This document shows, in pieces, positions 1-16,212 of a stretch of DNA of 64,000 nucleotides. The notes beneath the pieces were generated by a model that was not told the origin of the DNA, searched no databases, and saw only the letters and a list, made by a program, of their open reading frames with translations. The DNA is from the human T2T-CHM13v2.0 reference genome, Homo sapiens. The DNA lies in the NCBI RefSeq assembly GCF_009914755.1, contig NC_060935.1, one strand, 5' to 3'. The position numbers and the translations under genes are program-made. Numbering within the stretch: the first letter of the stretch is position 1; every line of letters begins with the position of its first letter.

Positions 1-329
1 GTAGCGTGGCCTGGGCTCCTAATACAGGTAAATTGTCTCCAAAGGACTAGTAAAGGTGACTGGGTCATCCTCCTGCCCCAGGGACACTGATTAGAGAAAA
101 TCCGTCTGTGCTGGCAATACGGCAGTGCTGGACACTCGGAATTCCCTTGAAGGCAAAAGCAAGGAACAGAGCGTGATTAGGTACTGGACACCTGCCAAGT
201 GCTGGGCTCTCTCCAGTTTACAGATGAGGAAACTGAGGCTCCTCGAGTTGGAGCTGGGATGCCAGCCCCCATGGACCTGGCAGAACACGCTCTTGACAGC
301 CCCACAGGGCTTCTCCCTAGGGCGTGCCC
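1..329 (-). other. DHCR7: DHCR7 3'UTR (continues beyond window start); contains a MIR fragment ~205-245
   Basis: Follows TAA; ttacagatgaggaaactgaggct is MIR core. Confidence 0.85.
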
Positions 330-980
<651 letters not shown>

Positions 981-1104
981 CTCTACCTGCCTTCTACCTG
1001 TCTGTGTGTGTATGTGTGTGTGTATATATACCCCCTATATATATGACATATAGCATAAACATCAAATATGTAACAGTATTAAAAATATAATCTGAATTTA
1101 ATAT

Positions 1105-1800
<696 letters not shown>

Positions 1801-2630
1801 TAGTATAAAAAATGTACATCTCGAGACACACACAGAGGCTAAAGCAAGTAAGAGCTATTATATAGTGGGACCTATTGCTACGTTTTCACATCCTTGGAAA
1901 ATGGAGTTTATAAAACCAGGGAACCAGCAGACCTGCAGCCAGCCAGGTGGAGAAATGGGGCCGGGTGGGCCATGCGGGGGGCTCCAAGGACCTGGTGTGA
2001 GCATGGGGCCAGCTGGGGCTCTGCACCCTCCACCTGGTACTGGCCCCCTCTGCTGTGGGAATCCTGGTTTTCCAGGACACCCGCACCTCCATCCCACAGG
2101 ACTGGCTGTCACAGGTGATGCCGGGCCTGTCACATCCTGAATAGGTGACAGCCTCTCCACGTTGGTTCTCTCCACTTGGGCACAGCCTCTTGGGGCAGGC
2201 CACCCCACCGTGCTGCTAAGCAAGTGCCCTGGGGTGAGTTATTTCTGTCCCCAGGGGGCTCGTTGCTCTTGAAATGGGCAGGTGGCATCTGGTCAAGCAG
2301 CCACCTTACCTGGGAGCCCAGCACTCTCCCCAAATCAGAGCAGGGCTGCTCTCGTTGAGCTGGGAGGGGAGTGGGGGGCTTGATGCCAATGACAAGGCCA
2401 CTTGCTATCCCCTACTGTCCTGGAACTCCCAGGGCAGCCCTGCCCCAGTGCCCAGCACATCCTAGGAGGCAGGAATGAAGAGGACCCCTCCTGCCAGTGC
2501 CCGCACTGACCCACCTCCACCTCCACTGCCCCATCCAGCCCTGAGCCGGCATCTGCCCTACTTTGCAGATGTTAGGGACATACTCAAGGCCACCTCCCTG
2601 GCTGCTGGCCCAAGCTGGCTGAGCTGGCTA

Positions 2631-2963
<333 letters not shown>

Positions 2964-3147
2964 TCACACTCCACGCGGATGCAGCAGGGGGTGCTCGGGA
3001 GCTGCTCAGCAACTTCCTCAATGCTGGGGCTGTTCCTTCCCTGCAGCTGGGGCTGTTCCTGCCTGGGTCATGGGCAGGGCTAAGGGCTTCCTTGTCCTCA
3101 GAACCACCCCGAGCCCATGGCCCTGGCATCTCTCCCAGCCCAGGTTC

Positions 3148-3343
3148 TCAGGGCTTGCAATGGCGCGTGCCAAGGGGAAGGGATACATTCATCCCATCCA
3201 GGTCAACCTCCTGCCCGAGCAACGTCCACAGCTCCTGACAGGCCTCCCTCACCCTCTCGGGTTCTCCTAGCCAGCTCCCGCTGGCTCCCTGGGTGACGCT
3301 TCCGAATGCACCTGATCGCTGCCACCCTGCACCCCAGCTCAGC
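3148..3343. repeat. Arm A of ~195-bp inverted duplication (partner 5066-5260)
   Basis: Manual alignment ~86% identity to reverse complement of 5066-5260. Confidence 0.95.
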
Positions 3344-3733
3344 ACACACTTTCTGGGTCTTGCTGCTTTTAAGATAAAGAGGAAGACTTCCATGAGGCCT
3401 CCAGCCTCACCTGGCTCTGAGCTCCTGAACGCTCTCTGGTCAGGATGCGGGATGTTTCTGAGTGTCCCAGACTTGCCACCCTCTCTCCCTACAGGGGGTT
3501 CCTGGAGCATGCACTCTTGCCTCCACTCTACCAGGTTAACTCCCACACACCCCCAGATTCTACCCAGGTGTAATCCCCAAGGGAGACCTTCCTGGACCAC
3601 GCCTGGCTGCGTAGAACCTGCCTCCTCCCCTCCCAGGGCTGGCAGAGACAGGCACCCAAGGATGGCTTCCTTCACCAAGTGCTCGCCGGCTGCTTCCTGG
3701 TGACACCTGGGGAGGGCAGCTGACTCTCTTTTA

Positions 3734-4063
<330 letters not shown>

Positions 4064-4969
4064 TTAGTGGATGAGCATATCTCACAAGATGAAGCCACCT
4101 TACTTAGCGAGAGCCCAGCACTGGTCCAGGGTCCTAAAGGGTAACGTGAGACGGCGCAGGCAGAAGCTGGCCATGAGCCGCTGGGACCCCCACGGCTGGA
4201 ATGTTTGTCGGCTGGTTCCTGGCGCCCTCATTCACTTTGCTTTGCATTCAGCTGCTGCTCAGCAGAGACTTCCTTAGGCAGAAGCCCAGGGGCACCTGCT
4301 CTGCACCCGGGAAGGGTGGGAGACCGGCCCTGGGCTGGTACCTGGGTTTCTCTCTACCCTTCTCCAGATGCCCTTGACGCATGGCACAGGTGAGCTGAAG
4401 AACTGGCTTGATTGCACTGAGATTACGTTCTGGGGCCCAAGCACACGGTTTGAAGCCGACGCAGGGCACGTGGGCCCTCATGGGTGAGTGACATTATAAA
4501 TCACGCCAACGTAGAGAATGACAAACGCACCCTGGGCCCGGCTTCCAGCATGTGCAGGACAAGTTCTTTGACCAGTTACCTGAATCCCCCAATCCCCGGA
4601 GGGCCAGAGCATCAGCCGAGATAACCCCTGTGGAGACCCTGACTAGGTCTAGCTGGCTGAGGACACACAACAATTTCTGTGTTAACTAGAAAATCCTATT
4701 TTCATGTCCAGTTCCCTCAGGTAGGGTAAGTAGAAAGAAGCAAAACACACAAAGTCTACATGATTATAAGGTAGCGAGGATGATTTCCAGGAGCCATTGA
4801 AGGCCAGCCTCGTTATCTGATAACACACAAGCTACAAAGTGTCATCCTCCAGAAACATTTCCCAAGAGCCTAGGTGTAAACCACACTGGGGTTTTTTGGA
4901 TCCCCCAAACTGAACTGTAAGTCCCACTGCCTACAACTGTCCACAAGAGAACCCCCCAAACATTGGTTT

Positions 4970-5720
4970 ATGATGGATGGATGGATAGATAACAGGGTGA
5001 GTGGGTGGAAGGATGGATGAATGGGATGGGGAGAGGAGCAGGTGGATGGATATATGATAGGCAGGGTTGAGCTGGGGTGCAGGGTGGCAGGGATCAGGTG
5101 TGTTCAGAAGTGTCACCCAGGAAGCCAGAGGGAGCAGGCTAGGAGGGCCTGAGAGGGTAAGGGAGGCCGGTCAGGAGCTGCGGACATTGCTCAGGCAGGA
5201 GGTTGACCTGGATGAGATGATGCATTCCTTCCCCTCGGCACATGCCATTACAGGCCCTGATAGAGTGGATGGATGGGTAAATGGATGGATGACGGGCAGG
5301 TGGATGGGTGGGTGGCTAGATGTGTAGGTGGGTGGGTAGGTGGATAGGTGGATGGACAAATAGATGACGGGTGGGTAGACAGACGGGGTGGAGGGTGGAT
5401 GGGCAGGTGGATGAGATGGATGATGGATGGGTGGGTGGGTAGGTGGAAGGATGGGGAGATGGGCAGGTGGATGGGTGTGTGGCTAGATGTGTAGGTGGGT
5501 GGGTAGGTGGATGGGCAGATGGATGAATGGGTGATGGGAGGGTAGATGGATGGATGATGGGTGGGTGGATGTGGGTGATGGATAGGTGGATGGATGATGC
5601 ATTGGTGGGTGGGTGAATGGGATGGGGCAATGGGTAGGTGGATGATGGGTGAGTAGGTAGATGAATGGGTAGGGGGGTGGATGGGTGGGTGGGGAGATGG
5701 GCAGGTGAATGGATGAGTGG
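4970..5720. repeat. (GGAT/GGGT)n degenerate simple repeat
   Basis: Visible tetranucleotide periodicity, interrupted by arm B. Confidence 0.9.
5066..5260. repeat. Arm B of inverted duplication, embedded in GGAT-rich tract
   Basis: Reverse complement of 3148-3343. Confidence 0.95.
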
Positions 5721-6149
5721 ACAGAGATGAGTGGCTCACCACTGTCCAGCCATGGGAATGGGTACAAGCCAGCAGGGCTCTCCTGGGAAGCTGTTAATTA
5801 AAGCCACAGGGACAATAAGACTCTTCACTAAGGTTGTTTTGGGCCTCACCAGCTTATCCAAAGAAAGAGGCAATGGGCTGCCTGTGCCCCAAGCCAGAAG
5901 TTTTTCCTGGCTTCCTTACCCCCACGCCAGCCCTAAAGGCAATGACTTGGCCACCACAGCTGACCTGGCCATCTTCAGCTGCATTCTTGCCAAGGCTGGA
6001 GAAGCCACCAAACATTCAGAAAGGATGTTCCCCAGGGTGAAGCAAGTTCCATCCCCCTCCTCCTCTTCCACGGATTCTCAGTGCTCAGGGCTTTACAACC
6101 ACCTGCCCCAGGCAGCAAGAAAGGCCAGGGGTGAAGTTTGCACTTTCTA

Positions 6150-6515
<366 letters not shown>

Positions 6516-7130
6516 TCATCTGGGGCCCCAGGAACCATCTCTGAGGCCCCTATACCCTTGGCCAAGGAACTACCTGCTCCTAGGAAGAGGGAGGGGAGGC
6601 TGAGTCCATCCTTTGGTTCTGCATCTCGTTAACTGGCCATAGGCTGAGTGACAGGTGTGCAGTCTGATAGGGAGGTCAGGGCTGAGGGGCAGAAGCAAGT
6701 GAGGATGCCCCTGTGGTATGCCTGGCCCCCTCTGTAATTGTTGGGGAGCACCTCAGCCCATCCACCCCTCAAAACAGGGAGCTTCTGGGGGCAGAGTTGG
6801 GATGCGGTTCCAGTCTGCACCCACGTGAGAGGCACAAAGCCAGGCTCCTCGTGGGTTCTCAATGATGGCAAGGAATGAACAGACAAGGTCTCCCACGGAC
6901 AGCCCCGAGGAATGGTGGTCTCTGCATGGTGGTCTCTGCAGGAAGCTTCATGGGCCGAGTGCATCCCCTGCTATGGGGCTGGGAAGGAGCTGGGCCATCC
7001 ATTCCCTCCTTACCCAGGAAAGTGATTTCTAACCTGGGTGTGGGATGGCCCCAGCTGCCCTCAATGGTTTTGAGGCCTGGTGCTGTGAAAAATCCAAGCA
7101 AAATGGATTTCTATCCTGTGACAAGTCTTA

Positions 7131-7385
<255 letters not shown>

Positions 7386-7625
7386 TCACAATCATAGTCT
7401 TTTTCTTCCTGAAGCACTTATGGCTCCTGGAAGCTCAAACTGCTGGGCTGTGGGTTTTGAAGGGGGTTCTGAGACAATAAACTCATCAACCAGGGAAGGT
7501 GCCAAGGCGTTCTCCCCCAGGGCTCCATTCGCCCCTCAGGAGAGCGCACAGGTCCCTCCCAGTCACCTTTTTAAAATGGAGAATCCCATAAAATTCAACT
7601 TTTTATATATATATATAAATCTATC

Positions 7626-7777
7626 TTTGAGATGAGGTCTTGTTCTACCACCCAGGCTGGAGTGCAGTGGTGCAATCATAGCTCACCGCAGCGTTGTCCT
7701 CCTGAGCTCAAGTGATCCTTCCACCTCAGCCTCCCAAGTAGCTGGGATTACAGGTGTGCACCACCACACCCGGCTAA
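7626..7777 (-). mobile_element. Alu monomer (AluJ/FRAM-like), followed by old L1 3' fragment to ~8190
   Basis: Alu right-arm motifs on - strand. Confidence 0.8.
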
Positions 7778-8799
7778 AATTCACCCTTTTAAAGTGCACA
7801 ATTCAGCGGCATTTAGCGCATTTACATGGTTGGTTGTACACCTATCACTGCTAATTCCAGAACTTTTCATCACCACAGAAGAAAATGTTGTTCCAATCTC
7901 CGGTCACTCTGAATTCCCTGTCCCTGCCGCCCCTGGCTGCCACTGAGCTTTCTGCCTCTGTGGATTTGCCTGTACTGGGTATTGCATATAAAGGGAACCA
8001 CACAGTATGCAGCCTCTGTGACTGGCTTCTCTCGCTCAGCAGTGTCTTCAAGGGTCATCCGCCTACTGGCATCAGAGCTTCATTCCCTTCCGCTGCCAAA
8101 TAGTGTCCCACGGTGGGCACAGTGTTCTGTTCTGTGGGTCCATTCATCTACTGATGGACAGGTGGGGGTTCCTGCTTTGTGGCTATTTGTGATTCACACT
8201 GCCCCTGTCATTTTTCACTCAAAGGGACCAAGAGATCTGAACTGAGAAGTATTCTGGAGCCCAGAAGCTTGGACCCTGGGGAGAAACAGCTAATCATGAT
8301 CTGAGCCTTCCTCCCGCCCAGGAAGGAAAACCCAGGCCTGTCTCTTTCTAGCACCGTTTCCCTGGAAACCTTTTCCTGGGTTCAGGCAATCAGCACCACC
8401 CATGTGTGCACCAGGTTTACAACAACCCCTTCCTGGAACTCCCTCTGGACTGGGAGGCCAGTGGGGACACCATGGAGCTGAGGACGTCCTGGACCTGCCT
8501 CGACTGCCTGTGGGGAAACATGGCCCTCGCTTCTCTGAGTGGCATCTCATGACTGAGAGAGTCCCTTTGGGGACTGAGATGCTCCTTTCCAGACCTGGTG
8601 CAAGGCGTGACTCCTGCTGACAATGGGGCTTCCTCAGGACAGCACTGCCCTCCCACGGGGTTTTGCTCCTATCCTCAGCTTGTCCCTGCAGAGCTGGGCG
8701 TGCCCAGCAACTGCATGCAGGCATGCCATGAAGGTGTATCAAACGCTGATGTGACAGGTGCCTCCTGCCTTACAGCTGAGGATGAATCTGAACATGTCA

Positions 8800-9348
<549 letters not shown>

Positions 9349-9807
9349 CTACTGTAGTTGATTAACTGGTGGCACTATCTGTGGCCCCCATGGAAGGCCC
9401 AGAGCTCAGAATATGAGCGGAGGTAGGTCTTTCACAACCACCAAGGCCAGTGGTTTCCCCAGTTCCAGGTCGGAGAGGATACTCACCCTGCACGAAGTCC
9501 CCATGGTTCTATGGCGAAATGGGAGCTGTGACAATAGGTCATACCCCCGGATGGTGGGAAGGCCCCAGCTGCCCTTTAAGCCTTTATCTTTTTTTCTAAG
9601 TTGTTGACTGACCATGATTTCTAGTTTCTTTTTATAATTCCTTACTTTATAAAGTGGAAAACTGTTTACCTTTCATTAGTCTTGACAAAAAAAAAAAAAT
9701 CTTTTTTAAAAAGGTCCTTCATTCCTTTGGGTCCATACAATTCCAAAGGCTGGAAAGCTCTGAGACCACACTTTACTTTCTAGCTGGGAGAACAGGCAAG
9801 ATCCTTA

Positions 9808-9933
<126 letters not shown>

Positions 9934-12565
9934 TTACATTATCCCTCAAATAACAGACACCACCTTTCCCTGTTGCATCCACCACTGCTCCTGGGCCTGG
10001 CAGGGCTGGCCTCCTGTGCACATCTTCCCGGTACCTTGTTCCTGACAGCAGATTCCAGGCAGGGAAGAGATCATCTTGTCTTAGACTCTCTTCCTTGGAC
10101 CCTGCAATCACCTCCCACGTGACCTTGCTATGGCTGCTCTTGCTAGTCTCAGTTCATTCTCCAAACATGGCAGAATGCCCCCCCTCTTACAGCACAAGCT
10201 GGCTCCTGCCTCCCTCCTACACACCACTCTCCCCTATTCTCCTTTGGCTCCAGGAACACAGGGGTCTTCACTCATCCTTGAACACAGTTTAAATTGTCTG
10301 TGGCACTGACTTCCTCTGCTTAGAGCACGTTTGCAGGTGTCCTTGTTCAGGGCTCATGTAAAATGTCCCCTCCTGGGGAGATCTTCCCTCTCAGCCAATC
10401 TGAAGCAGCTGCTCCCCAGCTTCCCTGCCAAGGCCCTCCACTGGGTACTTTATTTTCTTAGTAACTCTCCCCATCGCCTAGAAGTATTCATTTGTGTGTG
10501 TGTATTGTCTGTCTCCCCTCACTAGAATGTAAGCTTCCCAAGGGCAGGAATTGTGTGTCCTCTTCATTGTTCTACTACCAGGGCCTAGAACAGTGGCCCA
10601 TGTAGGACCATCAATAATCACCCTTCAAAAAAAAGGGGAAGAGAACACAGAATGTCTCTAGGTACCCACAGCTGCTCTACATGGTTATAATTTGGGGGAA
10701 GCAGTGACATCCCCACTTCCAGAACAAGTTCATAACTGTGAAGCTTTAAAATATCTGAGATTTTTTAAAAGATGCTCTTGAAAGCTTTTAGAGAAAAAAC
10801 AGGAGTAAAAATCACAGTAGGCTTAGATTTCTCAACAGCAAGCTGGATTCTAGAAGACAATGATGAAAAACTTCAAAATTTTGAGGAAAACTTTTTGCAA
10901 CCTAGAATTCTACTCCTATGTGAACTATTACTCAAGGACAACAACATAGGATCCAGGAAACTGGAGACCCAAGAGAGCTGCTGAAGCCATGTCCACAAAA
11001 GGGCAGGGGCAAGTCCCAAGAGGACAGCTATGCAGCAGGACTAACCAGAAACCAGTCCACATTGGTACAAGATGAATGGCTAGGAAAGAGAGGAAATGAA
11101 AATGATGAATTTTGTTGCATCTGAATGTGTAGGAAAATTATTGATATATGTGACAGCTCGGTTAGAGCATCCAGAAAAAAATGAATGAGAGATGCATAGA
11201 AACCTTACCAAATGAAAAAAAAAAAAAAAAAAAAAAAGGAAGGCAACTGTTAACTCCAGGAAAAATAAAAAGTCATATAAGGAAGGAAAAAAAGAAACCA
11301 AGCCATTATTATAGGACCTTACTTGGCTCAACAGTGAATAATGGTAATTTTGTCATAACAATGTATACTCTGACTATTTATTGACTATTGTATGCACAGA
11401 AGGGAATTTGCAAAGTTAGGGGTACTAAAAGGAAATTACTTAGAAACAAGTAGGTACAAACAACAACACAAAAGTAGCTGAAAGAATGAAAAGTGTTTGC
11501 TGCTGGCAAGCAAGACTGTCGGATGTGGGATGTGGTAGAGAGTATTTCTTCTGAAGCCTTTTAACACTGATTTTTAAAAAAATGTGTGCATGAATTACTT
11601 TAATAAAAATTCACACACATTTAAAAAATTTCAACGATGAAAGACATTTTCCTTATGCAGTGTGAGAACTTCAGTACCCGCACTTCATTCAATTTACACA
11701 AGTTAGTTTATGCAGTTCCTATGATGCACAAAACAAGACGAAGAGTTCTTGATAGGAAGAGACCGTGTCTCTCTCCGGCCCCAAATACTGAATACAGAGC
11801 CTGGCGAGTGCCAGTCACTCTCCTTATATCTGTAAAATCAAAGTGGATGAAAGAAAACTACTTCTGAGAAAAGCTGACACGCTAGTGAGTCTGATCTCAA
11901 GATCACAGCCACCTGGACAAGCTGGCTTGCTTTAGACAGTTCCTCTCCCCCAGGCTCTCATCAAGGTAAGATACAAGCTTAGTTTCTTCCCAGCCAAAAC
12001 TTACCAGCTCAGTGCCCCCACTCCCTCCGATCCCTAGTTCCCACACTGACTGGTGTTAATCCAGACCACCCACATGCACACTTGCCTTACAGGAAGGCTA
12101 AGTAGAATGGGGTGGCATTCGTCTTGCCCCAAGCCATGGATAAGCTACAAGGGGACAATGCCTGGTACCAACATTATCAATTATGTAAAACACTGGGAAA
12201 TTGCAAAAGGGTCAGGGGATGTGTAACCTCAGAACTAAAGTGTGAAAAAGCCACTGGGAGAATGTTGTCAAAAGGGATTAAAACAAGACCAAAGAAGTAC
12301 TTTTAGCTTATTACAGAGTTCATTCACCCAGGAGTCAGCTCTTTAGCCACAAGCATTGAGTTGTGCAATAAACATCTAAGTAACATCCTTCCCAATAGAC
12401 GGCTGGGAACAGACAAAGGGGAGGTGCCCTGGTATGTTGTATTTTACTCATAAGAGGCACAGACAGTCGTTGGCACTCGAGAGCTGGTGGACCAGTCTGT
12501 CTGTACTTTCAACGCTGTGAAGCCATAGCCTGCGCCCACGATCCAGGGCACTGAGATACACTTAC

Positions 12566-12690
12566 CTCCAGCCTCTTGCCAAATAGTTTCACAGCAGAAG
12601 GGAACTTTTCCTTCTTGAACCGGCCCCTTAAAAGTTTCTAGACACCTGTGCTCCAAATGCCTGCTTGATCCTTCTCAACCGGCTAAAGTC
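12566..12690 (-). other. DHCR7: DHCR7 non-coding exon 2 (125 nt, 5'UTR)
   Basis: ttccttgcAG acceptor and GAG|GTAAGT donor; matches recalled DHCR7 5'UTR. Confidence 0.88.
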
Positions 12691-12799
12691 CTGCAAGGAA
12701 CACAAAAATGAATAAGACCGCAGGCAGCTGACATTTCAGGAGAGGGCAGACGCTCAAGGCCCACAGTAGGAGTCAAGCAAGAGGCAGAAGGTCCAGTGC

Positions 12800-14050
12800 T
12801 CAGGGCTTCAACAGCCGCATGTCAGGGAGGACGGCGGACAAGCCAGTCCCATCGCAAAGCTGCTGTGCCTGGCTCAGCACTGACAAAGAGGGAGGCGAAC
12901 AACAGGTGGGGCAGGAGAAAGAGCCGCCGCGGAGCGCGGCATGGGGCCAGGAGCCGACCCCGGAGCCAGGCAGCCTTCGCCCGGGGAAGCTCCAGACAGC
13001 GCGGGGACAGAGCATCCCTCAGACGCCGGCTCGTGGGGGAGGGGGACTATCCACGCCTCCGCCCCGCCTCCCCGGAGCCCCAGCGGCCCCTCGCCTGTGA
13101 GCTGGACCCTCTCCCCACCTGCGCGCACGCCCCCTACCCCTGACCCCACCCTCGCCCTGTGAGTGGGCACCTGCTCACCTGGGCAAGCGCCCCCCACTGC
13201 GCACACCTTCCCCTGGCCTCACCTGCGCACACCTTGGCCACTCACCTGCGCACACCTCGGCCCCTCACCTGCGCCCACCTTCCCCTGGCCTCGCTTGCGC
13301 GCGCTGCTCCACGCCGCCTACCCTCTAGCCAGGGGTCGAAGTCACCCGCAGGGCAGGGGCGCCCGCCCCCGGATGATGTCAGCGATTGCCTGCCAATCGG
13401 AGGCGGACCCTGCACGCCCGGCGGCTCCGCGCCCCGTGATTGGTCGAGGAGCCTGAGCTGACTCCGGGCCCACCGCGCCCGCCATTCGGCAGCGGCCGGA
13501 CTCGAGATTGACGGCCCAGGCCCCGCCCTGCCGCCCCACCGGCCCGCCCGGGCCCTAGTGGGTGGGCGCAGCCTCTGGCGCTTCTTCGGGATCCCAGCTG
13601 ACCAGCTGGGGGTGGGGCGTGGCGGAGTGGCCACGTGGGCCGCGCGGAGAACGCGCCAGGCTCATCACCTGGAGCATCGTGCCTCAGTTTCCCCCTCGGC
13701 AAATGGGGCTTCAGCGGCTCGCGACGCACATTGATGGAGCGTATGTCCAGGCGCCGGTGCACCGCAAGGAGCAAAACAGACACAGTTCTTGGTCCTAGGG
13801 CTCACGTCCCGGGGCGAAGAGGATCCTCCATAAACGATCAGGTAAACACATGGGTGTCAGGGAAGGCTCGCCGCTGGGAGACCGCCAAAGTGACCCGAGA
13901 TGGAGTCTGGGTGGCCTGCTTATTAGGGGGGCACACCTGTGCGAGGACGGGAGGGGAGGGAGCAGCAGGACTGGGCAAAGGGAGAAGCTGAGCCACAGTG
14001 CGAGCCGGACGCACGGGCCACGTTGCGAGGGCATGACCTGGGGCGAGGCA
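12800..14050. promoter_or_regulatory. DHCR7 CpG-island promoter: CCAAT boxes (13393-13397, 13439-13443), GC boxes (e.g. 13521-13528), E-box CACGTG (13632-13637), SRE-like candidates (13341-13350, 13431-13440)
   Basis: High GC/CpG density; motifs seen directly; NF-Y/Sp1/SRE architecture typical of SREBP target genes; SRE assignments tentative. Confidence 0.85.
13269..13400 (-). other. DHCR7: DHCR7 non-coding exon 1 (TSS approximate; alternative donors nearby)
   Basis: CAG|GTGAGG donor at 13267-13268 inside CpG island, downstream of CCAAT/GC boxes. Confidence 0.7.
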
Positions 14051-14524
14051 GCCCTGGAGGAGGGGGCAGCTGAAGGTGTCTGCTGACCCCACACCCAACA
14101 GCTCGGGTAACAGGCCTTACTGTCAGAGCGATCTGGTTGCCACGTCTCTGTGGCCCTCAGAGAGACATCATGTTTTCTTTTTTCCCTGCACCTTTTTGTT
14201 TTGAAAAATGTTCAGCATACAAACAAGTTGAACGTAAAGTGAGCACGCAGATTCCTAGGTTCAGCAGGGGTGAGCAGCTGGCCACGTTTCATTTCTCTCC
14301 CTCTCTGTTTATATATGTGTATTTTTCTTTTTTCCTCCCCACTCAGCCCCCACCATTAGCTGCAGATACCGTGATACCCCCCTCCCAAATACTTCGGTAT
14401 CCAACTCCTTAAGAACAAGAACCTCCTATATTACCAAAATACAATGACCACATCAGTTCAATGCTGTTATCTATTTTCCATCTCCAGTTTCCCGCGGTTG
14501 TCCCAATAATGCCCTTTACAGCCC

Positions 14525-14830
14525 TTTTGTTATTGTTGTTTTGTTTTGCTTTGTTAAGACGGGGGTCTCTGTCACACAGGCTGGAGTGTAGTGGCACGAT
14601 CACAGCTCACTGCAGCCTTGAACTGCTGGGCTCAAGCGATTCTCTTCCCTCACCCTCCTGAGTAGCTGGGACTACAAGAGCACACCACCACACGCTATTT
14701 TTTTTTTGGTAGAGATGGGTGGGGGGGGGGTCTCACTATGTTCCCCAAGCTGGTCTCGAACTCCTGGGCTCAAGCGATCCACCCACTGTGGCCTCCTACA
14801 GTGCTGGGACTACAGGTGTGAAGCTCTGCC
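14525..14830 (-). mobile_element. AluJ
   Basis: Diverged Alu dimer. Confidence 0.85.
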
Positions 14831-14949
14831 CTACAGCCCTTTTTTAAACCCCAGGATCTAATCAGGGAGCCACACTGTGCATTCAGGCTATGCACTTTTT
14901 TTGGCAGGATAATATACTACATAGAGCATGTTTTATCTTGTTAGAAGGC

Positions 14950-15424
14950 TGTCAACCTGAAATAACCAAACGGGTCAGAATTTAGCTTAAAGAGAGTTTA
15001 TTTAAGTGTATAAAGTTTGAGGACAGGCTGCCTGGGAAGCACAGATTTTAAAGAATGGAAATCAGTATTTTGAACTGTAGATGTTTGGGATCATTTATGT
15101 AGACAAATTTTAGGGAAGTTTAACAGAATTTTAACATCTTTTTATGCATAAAGTTATAATCTGACCAGCTGAGGTGGTCTTTTTTAGGTGGAAGGTATAT
15201 TTAACATTTTACACTGAAGATGTAGGAGTCTGGTCTAAGTACGGGATAATAAGAGACAATCTATAATAAAGATCAGTAATTAAAAGGGGAGCAGGCCTGG
15301 TCTGTGGTCTCTCCTAGTCATTTATAAAACATGAATGATAAAGAAAAACAGCCTATAATCTAAAAGACAAAATTACAAACATGCTATGTGACCCAGTTTC
15401 TAGGACTTAACTTCCCTCTTGACA
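14950..15424 (-). mobile_element. ERV1 (MER4-group) solo LTR
   Basis: TGTCAA...TTGACA termini, reverse AATAAA near 15000; subfamily uncertain. Confidence 0.65.
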
Positions 15425-16212
15425 TAATAAATTTATTTATTTTTATTTATTTATTTAAAGACAGGATCTTGCTCTGTTGCCCAAGTTGACCTAATAAATT
15501 TCAAGAGTCCTAAAATTTTCTTTTTTAAGACAACATATCACTGTGCTCCATGATTGATAGTGGGACTCCGTGGTTTCTGCCAGAAGTCTCCATTTTTCCT
15601 TTTGTTATTAATGAGTAATTGGTGCAGTGATACTTTGAGACTGTAAATATGCTGTTCCCAAATGACCTTTCACCCAGTGAACTAGCATTTAATGAGGAAT
15701 CTTGCCTGAATCCCTTATTTCTTGGGACAAAGTGTTAATTTTCTAATTTTATCATTCCCTCAACATTTATTAATAAATTATTTATTAGCAAGCATTCTTC
15801 TGTAGGGATTTCCTCTTTGATTTATTTTTTATCAGTATGCCCTAATGGATTTAGCTGACCGAGTTATGATCCTTACTGTATTGTCCTGTATTTAGCTAAC
15901 GGGAGCCCCTTCAAATTGGCTTCTTTTTTCATATGACATGTATCTACCATCCTTTGAGTACTTACTTATTTTCTGGGACAACCAGATGTTCAAGGATCCT
16001 CCCCTTCTCTGCCCAGGCCTGGCATCAGCCATTGTTGGCAGGAGATAATTTGAGCAGATCGTGTGGATTTCAGAAGCATGAAAACTACTGTGAGGATTAA
16101 ATAAGTTAGCATGTATAACATTCTGGTGCTTTTGTGGAGTTTCCAAATTGTCATGAACAAGCACTACTTTATAGACAGGAAAAAAAGTGATTCAAAATGT
16201 GAAAACGGGTAT

